From: Clostridia bacterium
Lineage (GTDB): Bacteria; Bacillota; Clostridia; UBA1212; UBA1255
Assembly (NCBI GenBank): GCA_045546695.1
Contig: JAZQDE010000049.1
Coordinates: 7,288 to 71,287, forward strand
Length of the DNA stretch: 64,000 nucleotides
Reading direction: 5' to 3'
The position numbers and the translations under genes are program-made. Shown piece after piece: positions 1 to 10,363 of this stretch. Each line of letters starts with the position of its first letter. Within the stretch, counting starts at the first letter, position 1. A model generated the notes under the pieces. The model worked only from the letters and a program-made list of their open reading frames with translations. It was not told the origin of the DNA and did not search any database.

Positions 1-1119
1 GCCTTCATAAAGTTTATGTCCTGTAATTCTTTCCCACTGATTAAATACTTCGGGGTTAAGTGGCTCACCTGCCATACAGCAGTGATGCAGATATGAAAAA
101 TCAAACTGCTCTATATCTTCTTTGATCATGAATCTGTACATCGTTGCAGGTGCACAGAATGTTGTAATCTTAAAATGAGACATTACTTTCAGGAGTTTGA
201 ATGCGTCAAACTTTACGTGGTCATATCCGAGAACGGCAGAACCTGATATCCATTGTCCGTAAATTTTTCCCCATGAAAACTTTGCCCAGCCTGAGTCTGC
301 AACTGTAAGATGAAGGCCGTTTTCCTCAACGCACTGCCAATATTTAGCAGTTACAATATGTCCGAGCGGATATGACTGGATATGCTGAACCATTTTAGGC
401 ATGCCTGTCGTGCCTGACGTAAAGTAAATAATCATTAAATCTTCTGACATAACGTCATCTTCTGTACCTACAGGTCTGTCGTATACGTCACTTTGTGCCA
501 GATATCCTTCGCAATAGTTGAGCCAACCTTCACGGATATCTGTATTTGCAATGCCTGAAGGCTTTTTCGTTGCCTCCATCTGAGCTTTATCAAGCTTTTC
601 ACCGATAACAAGTGCCTTATATTGGAGTGACGGGCACTGATCCTGTGAATTCTCAACGTGGTCGATAATATACTCATCGGGTGCACATACAATCATCTTG
701 ACATTTGCTGCATTGATTCTGTATATAAGGTCTTTTTCAGTAAGCTGGAATGTCGCAGGGATAACGACTGCACCCAATTTATGGAGTGCTGTAACTGTAA
801 TCCAGTACTCATATCTGCGCTTCATAATGAGCATAACGCGGTCGCCTTTTCTGATACCGAGAGATTTGAAATAATTGCACATCTGATTGCTTCGTCTTTT
901 GATATCTGTAAAGGTAAAAACGTATTCTTCGTATGTGTCGCCCTCGTGGTCGTTGCACCATACGAGCGCTCTTTTGTCCGGCTCATTGTTTGCCCAGTCG
1001 TCAACAACGTCAAAACCGAAATTGAAATTGTCCGGAACGTTTACTTTATATCCTGCTTTGAAATCCTCATATGATTCAAAATCAACACGCGGAAGGTATT
1101 TTTTTAATATATAATCCAT
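1..1119 (-). CDS. AMP-dependent acyl-CoA synthetase/ligase. The N-terminal ~373 aa are in the window and the C-terminus lies beyond the left edge.
   Basis: Minus-strand translation from the ATG at 1119 gives MDYILKKYLPRVDFESYEDFKAGYKVNVPDNF... It contains the AMP-binding signature IYFTSGTTGMPK. The reading frame runs open to position 1 with no stop. GGGAG lies 11 nt upstream of the ATG. Confidence 0.8.
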   Translation of the reverse strand, partial: MDYILKKYLPRVDFESYEDFKAGYKVNVPDNFNFGFDVVDDWANNEPDKRALVWCNDHEGDTYEEYVFTFTDIKRRSNQMCNYFKSLGIRKGDRVMLIMKRRYEYWITVTALHKLGAVVIPATFQLTEKDLIYRINAANVKMIVCAPDEYIIDHVENSQDQCPSLQYKALVIGEKLDKAQMEATKKPSGIANTDIREGWLNYCEGYLAQSDVYDRPVGTEDDVMSEDLMIIYFTSGTTGMPKMVQHIQSYPLGHIVTAKYWQCVEENGLHLTVADSGWAKFSWGKIYGQWISGSAVLGYDHVKFDAFKLLKVMSHFKITTFCAPATMYRFMIKEDIEQFDFSYLHHCCMAGEPLNPEVFNQWERITGHKLYEG

Positions 1120-1144
1120 TTTATTTACAACTCCCTAAGTATTA

Positions 1145-1702
1145 TCAGAAAATAACAGTGAGGAACTTAGCGTCTTTGCCGTCAAGTGCCGTCTGTGCAT
1201 GCGGTACGGTCGGGTCAAAATAGAAGCAGTCGCCCTCGTTTAACAAGTAATCTTTGCCACCGAATATGACTCGCACTCGTCCTTCGACGACGTAGTTAAA
1301 TTCCTGACCGGGATGCGTAACGAGATGCGGAATATTATGCTCTGTATCTTTGCCCACGGTAACGATCATAGGCTCAATTTTTCTTCCGATAAATTTATAT
1401 GCGATACTTTCAAAATCGTAGCCTTCGTATCTGTCTACTGCGATGCCCTCGCCTTTTCTGACAAGCGAGCAATTTGCCAGTCTTGGTGAAACGCCTGTAA
1501 GTAATTCTGTCAGATCGACACCGAGTTGCGATGCCACTTCATACAGCACACTGACCGGAAAATCTTTTTCTGCAGCTTCGTATGCTTTATATAATTCAAC
1601 ATCGAGATTAAGCTTCAAAGCCATCTCTTCTACTGTCAGGTCAGATATTTCTCTTAATTCCTGTACTCTTGATGCTATTTCTTTTATCTTAACAGTGTTC
1701 AT
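1145..1702 (-). CDS. XRE-family HTH transcriptional regulator with C-terminal cupin domain
   Basis: 185 aa. The N-terminal HTH is IKEIASRVQELREISDLTVEEMALKLNLDVELYKAYE. The C-terminal half has a cupin-like fold (HPGQEFNYVVEGRVRV...GDCFYFDPTVPH). Confidence 0.75.
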   Translation of the reverse strand: MNTVKIKEIASRVQELREISDLTVEEMALKLNLDVELYKAYEAAEKDFPVSVLYEVASQLGVDLTELLTGVSPRLANCSLVRKGEGIAVDRYEGYDFESIAYKFIGRKIEPMIVTVGKDTEHNIPHLVTHPGQEFNYVVEGRVRVIFGGKDYLLNEGDCFYFDPTVPHAQTALDGKDAKFLTVIF

Positions 1703-1729
1703 TTACTTCCTCCACCTTTTAATATCAAT

Positions 1730-2986
1730 TTAACATTTAATTATATCACTGAAATCAAATGTTGCAAAGTAATCTTTGGGCGTCTCAGCTCTGCGGATGA
1801 GCTTTGTACTTCCGTCTTCACATTTGAGTAATTCTGCGCTTCTGAGTTTGCCGTTGTAGTTGTAACCCATCGCATATCCGTGTGCGCCTGCGTCCATAAT
1901 CGCAATAATGTCGCCTTTTTCAATCTTAGGAAGCTGCCTGTCGATTGCAAACTTATCATTATTTTCACAAAGGCCGCCTGTCACATCATATGTGTGGTCG
2001 CAAGGCATGTCCTCTTTGCCAACAACAATAATATGATGGTAAGCACCATAAATTGCCGGTCTCATAAGGTTTGCTGCACACGCATCGACGCCGATATAAT
2101 CCTTGTACGTAATCTTCTCATGCAGAACTTTTGTAACGAGCACGCCGTGAGGGCCTGTAATATATCTGCCAAGTTCTGTCTTGAGTGTTACGCTTCCAAG
2201 TGCAGACGGTGCTATAACTTCATCGTATGCTTTTTTAACTTCTGCTCCGATGTACTCAATATCCGGGTTGTTATCTTCCGGTCTGTACGGAATACCGATG
2301 CCACCGGACAGGTTAATATATTTTATATCAGCACCTGTTGCTTTATTAAGCTCTACAGCCGTCTCAAAAAGCACTCTGGCAAGTTTTGGATAATAATCAT
2401 TATTTGTCATATTGCTCGCCAGAAAAGCGTGAATACCGAATCTCTTTGCGCCCATTTTCATAAGCTTCTTAAGACCTTCTATTGACTGTTCATGTGTAAA
2501 ACCGTATTTTGCGTCAGCAGGTCTGCCCATGATAGCATTGTCAATTTTGAAATCTCCACCAGGATTGTATCTGATGAAAATCGTCTCTGGGATACCGCCA
2601 TTTTCTGCCAGAAAATCTATATGTGAAAAGTCATCAAGGTTGATTATTGCATTGAGGTCGCTCGCATATTGAAAGTCTTCTGCCGGTGTAACGTTGGAAG
2701 AAAACATAATGTCGTCACCCTTACAGCCAAGGCTCTGGGCGAGCATCAATTCTGTGTACGAAGAGCAGTCCACACCGCAACCTTCTTCAATCATCATTTT
2801 AATCAGGAACGGATTTGGGCAAGCTTTTACAGCAAAATATTCTTTGTATCCTTCGTTCCATGAAAAGGCCTTCTGCAGCCTGCGTATACCCTCTCTTATG
2901 CCTTTTTCATCATAAAGGTGAAAAGGTGTGGGATATTTTTCACATACTTCATCTATATATTTTTTGTCAAAAAACAGCTTTTTCAT
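1730..2986 (-). CDS. PLP-dependent decarboxylase of the Orn/DAP/Arg decarboxylase fold-type III family, probably diaminopimelate decarboxylase
   Basis: 418 aa. The N-terminus (TPFHLYDEKGIREGIRRLQKAF...YFAVKACPNP) matches the LysA-type alanine-racemase-like barrel pattern. It has Gly-rich motifs and a C-terminal beta-sandwich (DAGAHGYAMGYNYN). Confidence 0.65.
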   Translation of the reverse strand: MKKLFFDKKYIDEVCEKYPTPFHLYDEKGIREGIRRLQKAFSWNEGYKEYFAVKACPNPFLIKMMIEEGCGVDCSSYTELMLAQSLGCKGDDIMFSSNVTPAEDFQYASDLNAIINLDDFSHIDFLAENGGIPETIFIRYNPGGDFKIDNAIMGRPADAKYGFTHEQSIEGLKKLMKMGAKRFGIHAFLASNMTNNDYYPKLARVLFETAVELNKATGADIKYINLSGGIGIPYRPEDNNPDIEYIGAEVKKAYDEVIAPSALGSVTLKTELGRYITGPHGVLVTKVLHEKITYKDYIGVDACAANLMRPAIYGAYHHIIVVGKEDMPCDHTYDVTGGLCENNDKFAIDRQLPKIEKGDIIAIMDAGAHGYAMGYNYNGKLRSAELLKCEDGSTKLIRRAETPKDYFATFDFSDIIKC

Positions 2987-3582
2987 TCTTCTTCCTCCTC
3001 AGTTATTACGTTATCGATTGCCTTCCATAATTCGGGAATACCTGTTTTCTTTTCTGCTGAAACAGGATATACCGGCATATCGTCAGGCATATCAAGTGTT
3101 TTTTTAATAAGCTTTATATTCTCTTTAACCTGCATCTTGCTCAGCTTGTCCGTCTTTGTTGCCACAACAATGTATTCAAGGCCGGATGCCAGTATCCAGT
3201 TGTACATTTTAACGTCGTCTGCGCTCGGTTTGTGTCTGATATCGACGAGCATAATCATAAGATACAGCCTGTCTCTGACGTTGAGATACTGTTCGATTAC
3301 CTTTCCCCACAAGTCGAGTTCGCTTTTTGCTCTCATCGCAAAGCCATATCCCGGCAAATCAACAAAGTGAATCTCGTTGTTGATATTATAGAAGTTTATC
3401 ATTCTCGTCATACCCTGTCTTGAGCCGCTGTATGCCAGGTCTTTCCTGTTTACAAGTGCATTTATGAGTGATGATTTACCGACATTTGACCTTCCGGCAA
3501 ACGCAATCTCAAGCAAATCACCTTCCGGATATTGTTTCGGTGAAACAGCAGATATAACGAATTTAGAATTTTTTACTACCAT
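2983..3582 (-). CDS. engB: ribosome biogenesis GTP-binding protein YsxC/EngB
   Basis: 199 aa. G1 motif GRSNVGKSS and G3 motif DLPGYG are present. The length is typical of EngB. Confidence 0.9.
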   Translation of the reverse strand: MVVKNSKFVISAVSPKQYPEGDLLEIAFAGRSNVGKSSLINALVNRKDLAYSGSRQGMTRMINFYNINNEIHFVDLPGYGFAMRAKSELDLWGKVIEQYLNVRDRLYLMIMLVDIRHKPSADDVKMYNWILASGLEYIVVATKTDKLSKMQVKENIKLIKKTLDMPDDMPVYPVSAEKKTGIPELWKAIDNVITEEEEE

Positions 3583-3605
3583 ATTTTTCCTGCTTTTCTA
3601 TATTA

Positions 3606-4274
3606 TTACATTTCAAAGTTTTTAAGAAACGACCTTCTGTGTATATCGCTGTAGCCAAGGCTTCTTATAGCGTCGTAATGTTTTTTCGTTCCGTAACCTT
3701 TATGTCCGGCAAATCCATATCCCGGATATTTGCTGTCATATTCTACCATCATCCTGTCCCTGGTAACTTTTGCGATTATTGATGCCGCCGCAATTGATAC
3801 GCTAAGTGCGTCGCCGTGTGTTATAGAGACAGTCTTGCATGGCATTTTATCAAGCTTTACGTGGTCTATAAATATAACGTCCCAACTTGATAAGCCTGCT
3901 CCGTTTTGCTTTTCTGCAAGCATTTTCATGGCATTTTCACATGCAAGATGCATTGCCATATGAGTTGCTTTGAGTATGTTGACTTCGTCGATTGTAGTGT
4001 TGTCGATGATTCCGACTCCCCAAGCAAGGCAATTATTAATGATATCATCATAAAGCGCTTCGCGTTTTGCTTCGCTGAGCTTCTTTGAGTCATCTGCCAT
4101 CGGAAACTTGCAGTCCGCGCTGAAAAAGACACAGCCTGCTACAACAGGGCCTGCCAGCGGTCCTCTGCCGGCCTCATCTATTCCGCCGATTATTTTCGCA
4201 CCGCATGCAGCATATTCGCGCTCAAATTTACACATTTCTATGTATTTTTCTTCACTCATTGCCATCTTTATCAC
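3606..4274 (-). CDS. rnhB: ribonuclease HII
   Basis: 222 aa. It contains GIDEAGRGPLAGPVV, the RNase HII active-site region. Confidence 0.9.
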   Translation of the reverse strand: MIKMAMSEEKYIEMCKFEREYAACGAKIIGGIDEAGRGPLAGPVVAGCVFFSADCKFPMADDSKKLSEAKREALYDDIINNCLAWGVGIIDNTTIDEVNILKATHMAMHLACENAMKMLAEKQNGAGLSSWDVIFIDHVKLDKMPCKTVSITHGDALSVSIAAASIIAKVTRDRMMVEYDSKYPGYGFAGHKGYGTKKHYDAIRSLGYSDIHRRSFLKNFEM

Positions 4275-5178
4275 CTAAACAATCGCTATGATCAAGCGAA
4301 ATTCTGCCAAATTTTGCCTTCCTGTAATCATCAAGTAAATACATTGAAGCTCTGTACAAATCAACTTCGCCTTTTTTCACGAGGCAGCCTCTTTTTCTTC
4401 CAAAAGCTTCCAGCATCTCAAGACCTTCTTCAAATGATGGAAAATCGCCTTCGGCGCTGCTCTCTATTGAATATTTTTCTTTAAGAACGCCCGGGTAATA
4501 TCTGCTCATGTATCTTATGAGATATATTGCTATTTCCTGGACATCAAGAACGTCATTCTTAATCGCACCTGTTGCTGCAAGTTTATATCCCACAATCTGG
4601 TCATCAAACTTAGGCCACAAAAGTCCGGGTGTGTCGAGCAGGTAAATATTGTCAGACATTTTAAGCCACTGCTTGTTCCTTGTAACACCCGGCTTATCGC
4701 CTGTCACGGCGACATTCTGTCCTGCGACTTTATTTATGAATGATGACTTGCCTACGTTCGGGATGCCTACAATCATAGCCTTAATAATCGGTGCTTTGCG
4801 CCCCTTTTCAAGATATCTTGCAGTCTTTTCTGCCATAATCTCATTTATAGCCTTAATAACGTCTTTGCTGCCACCACCTGTTTTGCAGTCGGTGAAAAAT
4901 ATACGTTTGCCCTGAGATGCATAATAATTTGCCCAGAAGCTATTCTGAACAGGATCTGCAAGGTCTTTTTTATTGCCGATAATTACACGTGGCTTGTTCT
5001 GAATCAGCTTGTCAATTTCAGGATTACGGCTTGAAAAAGGAATTCTGCTGTCAACCAGCTCAACAACAACGTCGACAAGCTTAAGATTCTCCGACAGAAG
5101 TCGTCTTGCCTTTGCCATATGACCGGGAAACCATTGTATATTTGAGTTTTCTCTTAATTCATCATTGAAGTGGCTCAT
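4252..5178 (-). CDS. rbgA: ribosome biogenesis GTPase A (YlqF/RbgA)
   Basis: 308 aa. It shows the circularly permuted GTPase order (NKKDLADP ... GIPNVGKSSFINK ... DTPG) and the WFPGHM N-terminal signature. Confidence 0.85.
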   Translation of the reverse strand: MSHFNDELRENSNIQWFPGHMAKARRLLSENLKLVDVVVELVDSRIPFSSRNPEIDKLIQNKPRVIIGNKKDLADPVQNSFWANYYASQGKRIFFTDCKTGGGSKDVIKAINEIMAEKTARYLEKGRKAPIIKAMIVGIPNVGKSSFINKVAGQNVAVTGDKPGVTRNKQWLKMSDNIYLLDTPGLLWPKFDDQIVGYKLAATGAIKNDVLDVQEIAIYLIRYMSRYYPGVLKEKYSIESSAEGDFPSFEEGLEMLEAFGRKRGCLVKKGEVDLYRASMYLLDDYRKAKFGRISLDHSDCLGDKDGNE

Positions 5179-6262
5179 TTTCTACCTCATTATCTTCCTT
5201 GTTTTCAAAGTCATTAATTGGTGTATAGTCATTTATCGGATTACCCGCCCATACAATATTTTCCAGTGAATGCATATTCAGGATAACGTTAAAATCAGAA
5301 ATCAGATTATAGGAAACATTCAGTTCCCGTATAGACATGTCCCCGTTAAGGCAAGATATGTCAGTAATGATATTGTGGTTAACGTCAACGTATCCCAGAA
5401 TAAGCATGAAACAAATAGGCGAAATATCGTCAATATAGTTATGACCGATTTCCAGATAAGTAAGAGCTGCCAGAGATGATATGTTTCTGATATTTTTGAT
5501 GCCACAATCATTTGCGATTATGCTCCTGAGATATGGAAGTCTGTATAGTGGCTCTAATGTATCAATTGTACATTCAACACCTTCATCATTAACATATCTG
5601 TTTGAAGAAATATCCAGCTCTATCAGTGAAACGCAGTTACGTAATGATGATATATCTGATATTCTGTTGTTCGTAAGGTCTAACTTCTTTAAGACAGCCA
5701 GTGACGACAGTGCTGAAATATCAGTTATCATATTTTCACGAAGATCAAGTACTTCAAGATTAACGAGTGATTTGAGTGGTGAAATATCCAGTCCGTTTCT
5801 GTTGGATGAGTACAGAACGTTATAATTTTTACCCATATTAAGTTCTTTAAGCGACTTAAGGTTTGATATAGGCGTCAAATCGTTTATTCTGTTGCCATAC
5901 AAGTCAAGTTTTTCGAGCGATGAGAAATATTTCAACTCATCTACGTACATAATTCCACACACACGTGCCGTGAGTTCTTTTATTTGCTGTACGTCCGATA
6001 TAAGAATATCGCCGATATTCTTACCCAGCGCCTTGCGTATAACCGTCTCAAAATTAGGGTCTCTGAACGATATTGCCTGGTCTCCTACCGGCGTTGGAGA
6101 AGCTTTATTTGGATCCTGTGTCACAGATGGAGTAACAACAGCATCAATCGTAGGTCTGATGCTGCTGATTGCCTCTGTATCAGGAGATTGCTTGCAAGCA
6201 ATACCGGAAACAAAACATAAAACAACCAATATTAAAATTATATATTTTTTAATTAACTTCAT
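5162..6262 (-). CDS. leucine-rich-repeat (internalin-like) lipoprotein
   Basis: The likely true start is MKLIKKYIILILVVLCFVSGIAC (lipobox) at 6262. The 6337 start would overlap the upstream gene. The body has multiple LxxLxLxxN repeats (LDLYGNRINDL, LDLRENMITDI, LDLTNNRISDI). Confidence 0.75.
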   Translation of the reverse strand: MKLIKKYIILILVVLCFVSGIACKQSPDTEAISSIRPTIDAVVTPSVTQDPNKASPTPVGDQAISFRDPNFETVIRKALGKNIGDILISDVQQIKELTARVCGIMYVDELKYFSSLEKLDLYGNRINDLTPISNLKSLKELNMGKNYNVLYSSNRNGLDISPLKSLVNLEVLDLRENMITDISALSSLAVLKKLDLTNNRISDISSLRNCVSLIELDISSNRYVNDEGVECTIDTLEPLYRLPYLRSIIANDCGIKNIRNISSLAALTYLEIGHNYIDDISPICFMLILGYVDVNHNIITDISCLNGDMSIRELNVSYNLISDFNVILNMHSLENIVWAGNPINDYTPINDFENKEDNEVENEPLQ

Positions 6263-6275
6263 TTCTAACCCTTTT

Positions 6276-7823
6276 TTATCCTGCAATATCAACCGAATCG
6301 ATGCCTGTGTACTTACCGATTGCCTTACTTTCTCCATTATGCCATACGTAAACAGTATTATTTGATGAATATATAATGTGCTCTATATTTGAATCAAAAA
6401 AGACTTCATTTGCTATATTCTGGCAGATTCTTGTAGTTCTGTTTTCAATTACAAGGTCTAAAGAAAGCTTGTTTTCTGCGTATTTGCGGCAAAGCAGATA
6501 TTCATCATCTGCAAGGCCATAGAGCCTTATTTCGTTTGACATATCAATTTTTTCTATATCACCTTTTTTAAACAATATATAGGCATCCTGTGAGCCATCG
6601 TTTTTCTGGTATCCCATAATCTTTTTATTGTAATAACTGTATAAAAATCCCGTATTATCGGATATCTTTGATATTTTCAGGGATACGTCAAGAACTTTGT
6701 ATCTGTTCAGCGTTGCATCTTCGTTGCGGAAATACAAAAGACCTAATGACTCCTGGTATAAAAACGTTGCGTTTTTATCACACGTTATTTGCTTTTGCGG
6801 CTTATTTCCACCGGCAGACATATAAATTGTGGAAGAATATTCTGACTTGACCGTGTACAGTATCATGTCATCATTCTGCGAGTAATATATAACGTTTGAA
6901 ATTTCCTGCGCAACCTGTTTTATTTTACCATCTTTAAAATACATTAACGATGCGGTTGTTCCTTGTTCATTTGTAACAATATCTGTCAGTAAATACTTGA
7001 ATGGAACAGATTGGTTACATGGTATCTTCTCCGCTATTGGTTCGGTAATATATGACGCTGATGAATTCTTTACGAGCTGAGCACCTTGTTTTTTTGTAAC
7101 TATTTTTCCTTTTATATTTGCAAATACAAGTTCGCCATCTTTTTTATAACAGATATACTCCCCGTCTGAGTCAATATAAAACGATTTACCCGGATCTATA
7201 TTTTCAGCAACTTTTGTAACTTTAGCGTTTTTATCAGCATAAAGAAGGTCCATCTTACCTGTATCTTCCTTTGAATTATCTGCAAAAAGAACTCCATTTT
7301 CACCGATGCAATACAGGTTGTCTATCAATATGTTAGATACAGTATTTTCACTTATTTTGATATATTTATTGCCCTTATATAAGTAAAGATATGCGTCGTT
7401 ATTCAGATCCACTGTGAAAATAACTGATTTGTCTTCAAACAGGTTGAAAAATGCACAGTTGTCTACAAGCATTCTTCTGCTGTTTGTTGTAATATCGTAT
7501 TCAAAGAGTTGGCTTTCTCTGAGGTAGTATACGAGTGCGTTTGACGTATCGTGTACAGCCTGACCTACTGAGTCATCGACCGGTGTAACTTCATATTCTT
7601 CGTTAATAATATACAAATCAGAATTGCTGTCTGTGAAAATAAACGGAAACATCTGTACCCGGCTGACGCCCATATCGTCGTCCTGAGTCATATCCGTTAC
7701 ATTGCCCGGCATTAGTTCGAGTAGCGATATAACAACAAATACAACAAATACAACACAGAATGCAATTATTGCATTGCGTTTTTTATCTCGTGTTATATAC
7801 GTTTTGATTTTTTTCTCAGCCAT
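6276..7823 (-). CDS. hypothetical membrane-anchored (type II) extracytoplasmic protein
   Basis: 515 aa. An N-terminal basic stretch is followed by one TM helix ([18 protein letters not shown]). The rest is Y/N/D-rich beta-type repeats. I recognise no family. It overlaps the metA stop by 8 nt. Confidence 0.65.
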   Translation of the reverse strand: MAEKKIKTYITRDKKRNAIIAFCVVFVVFVVISLLELMPGNVTDMTQDDDMGVSRVQMFPFIFTDSNSDLYIINEEYEVTPVDDSVGQAVHDTSNALVYYLRESQLFEYDITTNSRRMLVDNCAFFNLFEDKSVIFTVDLNNDAYLYLYKGNKYIKISENTVSNILIDNLYCIGENGVLFADNSKEDTGKMDLLYADKNAKVTKVAENIDPGKSFYIDSDGEYICYKKDGELVFANIKGKIVTKKQGAQLVKNSSASYITEPIAEKIPCNQSVPFKYLLTDIVTNEQGTTASLMYFKDGKIKQVAQEISNVIYYSQNDDMILYTVKSEYSSTIYMSAGGNKPQKQITCDKNATFLYQESLGLLYFRNEDATLNRYKVLDVSLKISKISDNTGFLYSYYNKKIMGYQKNDGSQDAYILFKKGDIEKIDMSNEIRLYGLADDEYLLCRKYAENKLSLDLVIENRTTRICQNIANEVFFDSNIEHIIYSSNNTVYVWHNGESKAIGKYTGIDSVDIAG

Positions 7824-8775
7824 TTGTTATCATACCCTTCTGAACAGGAGCAAATTTATCATCAATATCTGATAAATCATAAGGTGTAGCCTGATATACG
7901 TAGTAATTGAGCCAGTTGGCATATAATAGATACGCGTGGCTCTTCCACTGAAATGTCGGAATGTTTTCCGGATTATCTTCAGGGAAATAATTCTGCGGAA
8001 TCGCTGTATCAAGACCTCTTTCGTGGTCGCGGAAGTATTCATTTTTCAAGGTATCTCTGTCATACTCCAGATGTCCGGTCATAAATATCTGTCTTCTGTC
8101 ATGCGATGCACAAATACAAAGACCGGCTTCTTCTGACGTTGCCAATATATCCAACTGCGGAATTTTCTTTACTTCTTCTGTTGATGTTGTTGTATATCTT
8201 GAATGTGGCACGTAGAAGCAATCATCAAAGCCTCTTAAAAGTCTCACAAATTCATTTTCAGATTTATGTTCAAAAATACCAAACATCTTTTGAGGCAGCG
8301 GATGTTTTTGAACACCATAATGATAATACATACCTGCCTGCGCGCCCCAGCAAAGGTGAAGTGTTGTTGTAACGTTAGTCTTTGACCATTCCATTACGTC
8401 GCATAATTCTGACCAATATTCAACTTTTTCAAATTCAAGAAGCTCTACAGGTGCCCCGGTTATTATCAGACCATCGTATTTCATGTTTTTAATATCATTA
8501 AAATTAACATAAAATGTATTAAGATGACTTGCCGACGTGTTTTTAGACACGTGCGTTTTTGGATGAATCAAGGTAACTTCTACCTGTAGTGGTGAATTAC
8601 TAAGAAGCCTCAGAAGCTGAGTCTCTGTCTCAATCTTTTTAGGCATAAGGTTCATAATCGCTATTTTGAGCGGTCTGATATCCTGATGATATGCCATATT
8701 CTCATCCATCGTAAAAACATGCTCTTGTAAAAGCGTTTCTTTTGCAGGTAAATCATTTGGAATTTTAATTGGCAT
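7816..8775 (-). CDS. metA: homoserine O-acyltransferase (MetA family)
   Basis: The MetA N-terminus is [21 protein letters not shown]...[19 protein letters not shown]. The ATG at 8775 is preferred because AAAGGA sits 9 nt upstream. The longer ORF start at 8784 abuts that RBS. Confidence 0.85.
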   Translation of the reverse strand: MPIKIPNDLPAKETLLQEHVFTMDENMAYHQDIRPLKIAIMNLMPKKIETETQLLRLLSNSPLQVEVTLIHPKTHVSKNTSASHLNTFYVNFNDIKNMKYDGLIITGAPVELLEFEKVEYWSELCDVMEWSKTNVTTTLHLCWGAQAGMYYHYGVQKHPLPQKMFGIFEHKSENEFVRLLRGFDDCFYVPHSRYTTTSTEEVKKIPQLDILATSEEAGLCICASHDRRQIFMTGHLEYDRDTLKNEYFRDHERGLDTAIPQNYFPEDNPENIPTFQWKSHAYLLYANWLNYYVYQATPYDLSDIDDKFAPVQKGMITNG

Positions 8776-8866
8776 ATGCACCATCCTTTCAAATAGTATT
8801 ATCTTTTTATTTTACTATAGAAAAGGCAAAAAGTCTATTCTTTATTAAATAAAAATGAATGAAAAA

Positions 8867-8893
8867 AAGCTCTGCCTATGGCAGAGCTTTTAA
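8867..8893 (-). terminator. rho-independent terminator ending the ABC operon (bidirectional-capable)
   Basis: AAAAAAAGCTCTGCC-TAT-GGCAGAGCTTTT forms a 10-bp GC-containing stem. An A-run flanks one side and a T-run the other. It lies 22 nt past the stop of the 8915-10261 gene. Confidence 0.65.
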
Positions 8894-8914
8894 TACTGTA
8901 ATTATCAATTAATC

Positions 8915-10261
8915 TCAATAATCAACCAATGTAGACCAGAGGTCATTACATGTTGTCTGGAGTTCTGTAAAGGCATTTTCAAGTGATACACTACCTGCCA
9001 TTACTTTTGGAATAATCTTAGCCATTTCTGTGTTGATCTTAGTAGCGATTTCGTAAGGCATACGACATACTACCTGACCTACGATACTTGCTGTCTGTGC
9101 TTCAAATACGAAAGCATCCCAGTTCTTATTTACCCAGTCTGCTTCGTCAGGATATCTCCAAGAAGAGTCTTCTTTGAGGCTACCTACTACAGGAACTGAT
9201 GCACCGGGCTGTCCGTTATAAGCTCTCTGACCTTCCTCTGTGTAGAAGAAAAGTGCGAAAGCAGCTGCTGTATCCTGATTTCTTGTTCTGTTATAAACGC
9301 CGAAACCTGAAGAACCGCAACCAAATCCTCTGTTCTGACCATTTTCACCAAAGCCGGGGAATGCAACGATATCCCAGTCAACGCCTGCAGCGTCATAGTC
9401 TTTACCAGCGCTGAGAACCTGAGGATGTACGCAATACTTGAATACAGGAGTACCTTGAGTCTTGGTGCTCGTACCTGGATTGATGTAACCTGCTAAAGCA
9501 GCATCAATACATTCCTGCATAGCCTGGAGTGTACGACCATCTTCATCAATAAATGTAATCTTCTTCTCTTCTGTGTCGCACCATGTGCCACCAACAGCTG
9601 ATTCAAAGAATGTTACATATACAGGTGAATATGTAAGGTCAATGTTTGCACCATAGAATTTCTCGTTTGTCTCTGATGTAGCTTCTGTAACAGTCTTGGA
9701 AATCTCAAGAAGGTCACTCCAAGCCCAGTCATTCTTAACCATTGTAGCAAGGTTGTACTCTTTCAATTTGTCTACGTTGTATGTAAAGCAAATTGCGTTG
9801 TAGTCTCTTGATACATAGTACAGACGACCATCAATCTTACCTAACTCATAAATACCCATGTAAACGTCTGACAAGTCAAGGTCAAGAGCTGCAACATAGC
9901 CCTCAAGTGGCATGAGACCATTACATGTAACAGCATACTCGTAAATCTGTGTCTCAGCGAAGTAGAAAACGTCACCGATTGTACCACCGTTTACACGTGT
10001 AGCTGATGAGTCAGATGAATCGAGCTTAACAGATGCATTTGGATATGCACTCTCAAATGCTTTGATAAAAGAAGTAGCTGCTCTCTTAGCAAAAGCATTT
10101 GACACATTGAATGTCCAAGTGATCTCACCGGATACGTTTACATCGTAATCAGCGTTAACGTTAGTAACGTTTACGATAGGTGCCTGATTACATGCAACCA
10201 TTCCGAATAAAGTGAGAGTTACAATGAACAAGACAATTGCTCTTTTTACAATCTTTTTCAT
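8915..10261 (-). CDS. ABC transporter substrate-binding lipoprotein (extracellular solute-binding family 1, CUT1 type)
   Basis: 448 aa. Signal peptide plus lipobox LFGMVAC. GTIGDVFYF and the overall pattern match sugar binding proteins. It is a paralog of the next gene. Confidence 0.85.
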   Translation of the reverse strand: MKKIVKRAIVLFIVTLTLFGMVACNQAPIVNVTNVNADYDVNVSGEITWTFNVSNAFAKRAATSFIKAFESAYPNASVKLDSSDSSATRVNGGTIGDVFYFAETQIYEYAVTCNGLMPLEGYVAALDLDLSDVYMGIYELGKIDGRLYYVSRDYNAICFTYNVDKLKEYNLATMVKNDWAWSDLLEISKTVTEATSETNEKFYGANIDLTYSPVYVTFFESAVGGTWCDTEEKKITFIDEDGRTLQAMQECIDAALAGYINPGTSTKTQGTPVFKYCVHPQVLSAGKDYDAAGVDWDIVAFPGFGENGQNRGFGCGSSGFGVYNRTRNQDTAAAFALFFYTEEGQRAYNGQPGASVPVVGSLKEDSSWRYPDEADWVNKNWDAFVFEAQTASIVGQVVCRMPYEIATKINTEMAKIIPKVMAGSVSLENAFTELQTTCNDLWSTLVDY

Positions 10262-10363
10262 TAAATAAACCTCCTAAGTAGTATTCTACATTTACTATAA
10301 TAATATCATAGTTTCAAAAAAAGTAAACAATAATATGATGAATATTTTATTACAATTCACCAA

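Noticed and set aside
658-2485. Plus-strand ORFs 658..1074, 887..1114 and 1880..2485 and many other 60-230-aa ORFs antisense to long genes
   Set aside because: They are embedded antisense within well-supported long CDSs. Their composition is Cys/Phe-rich and low-complexity with no RBS. They are typical shadow ORFs.
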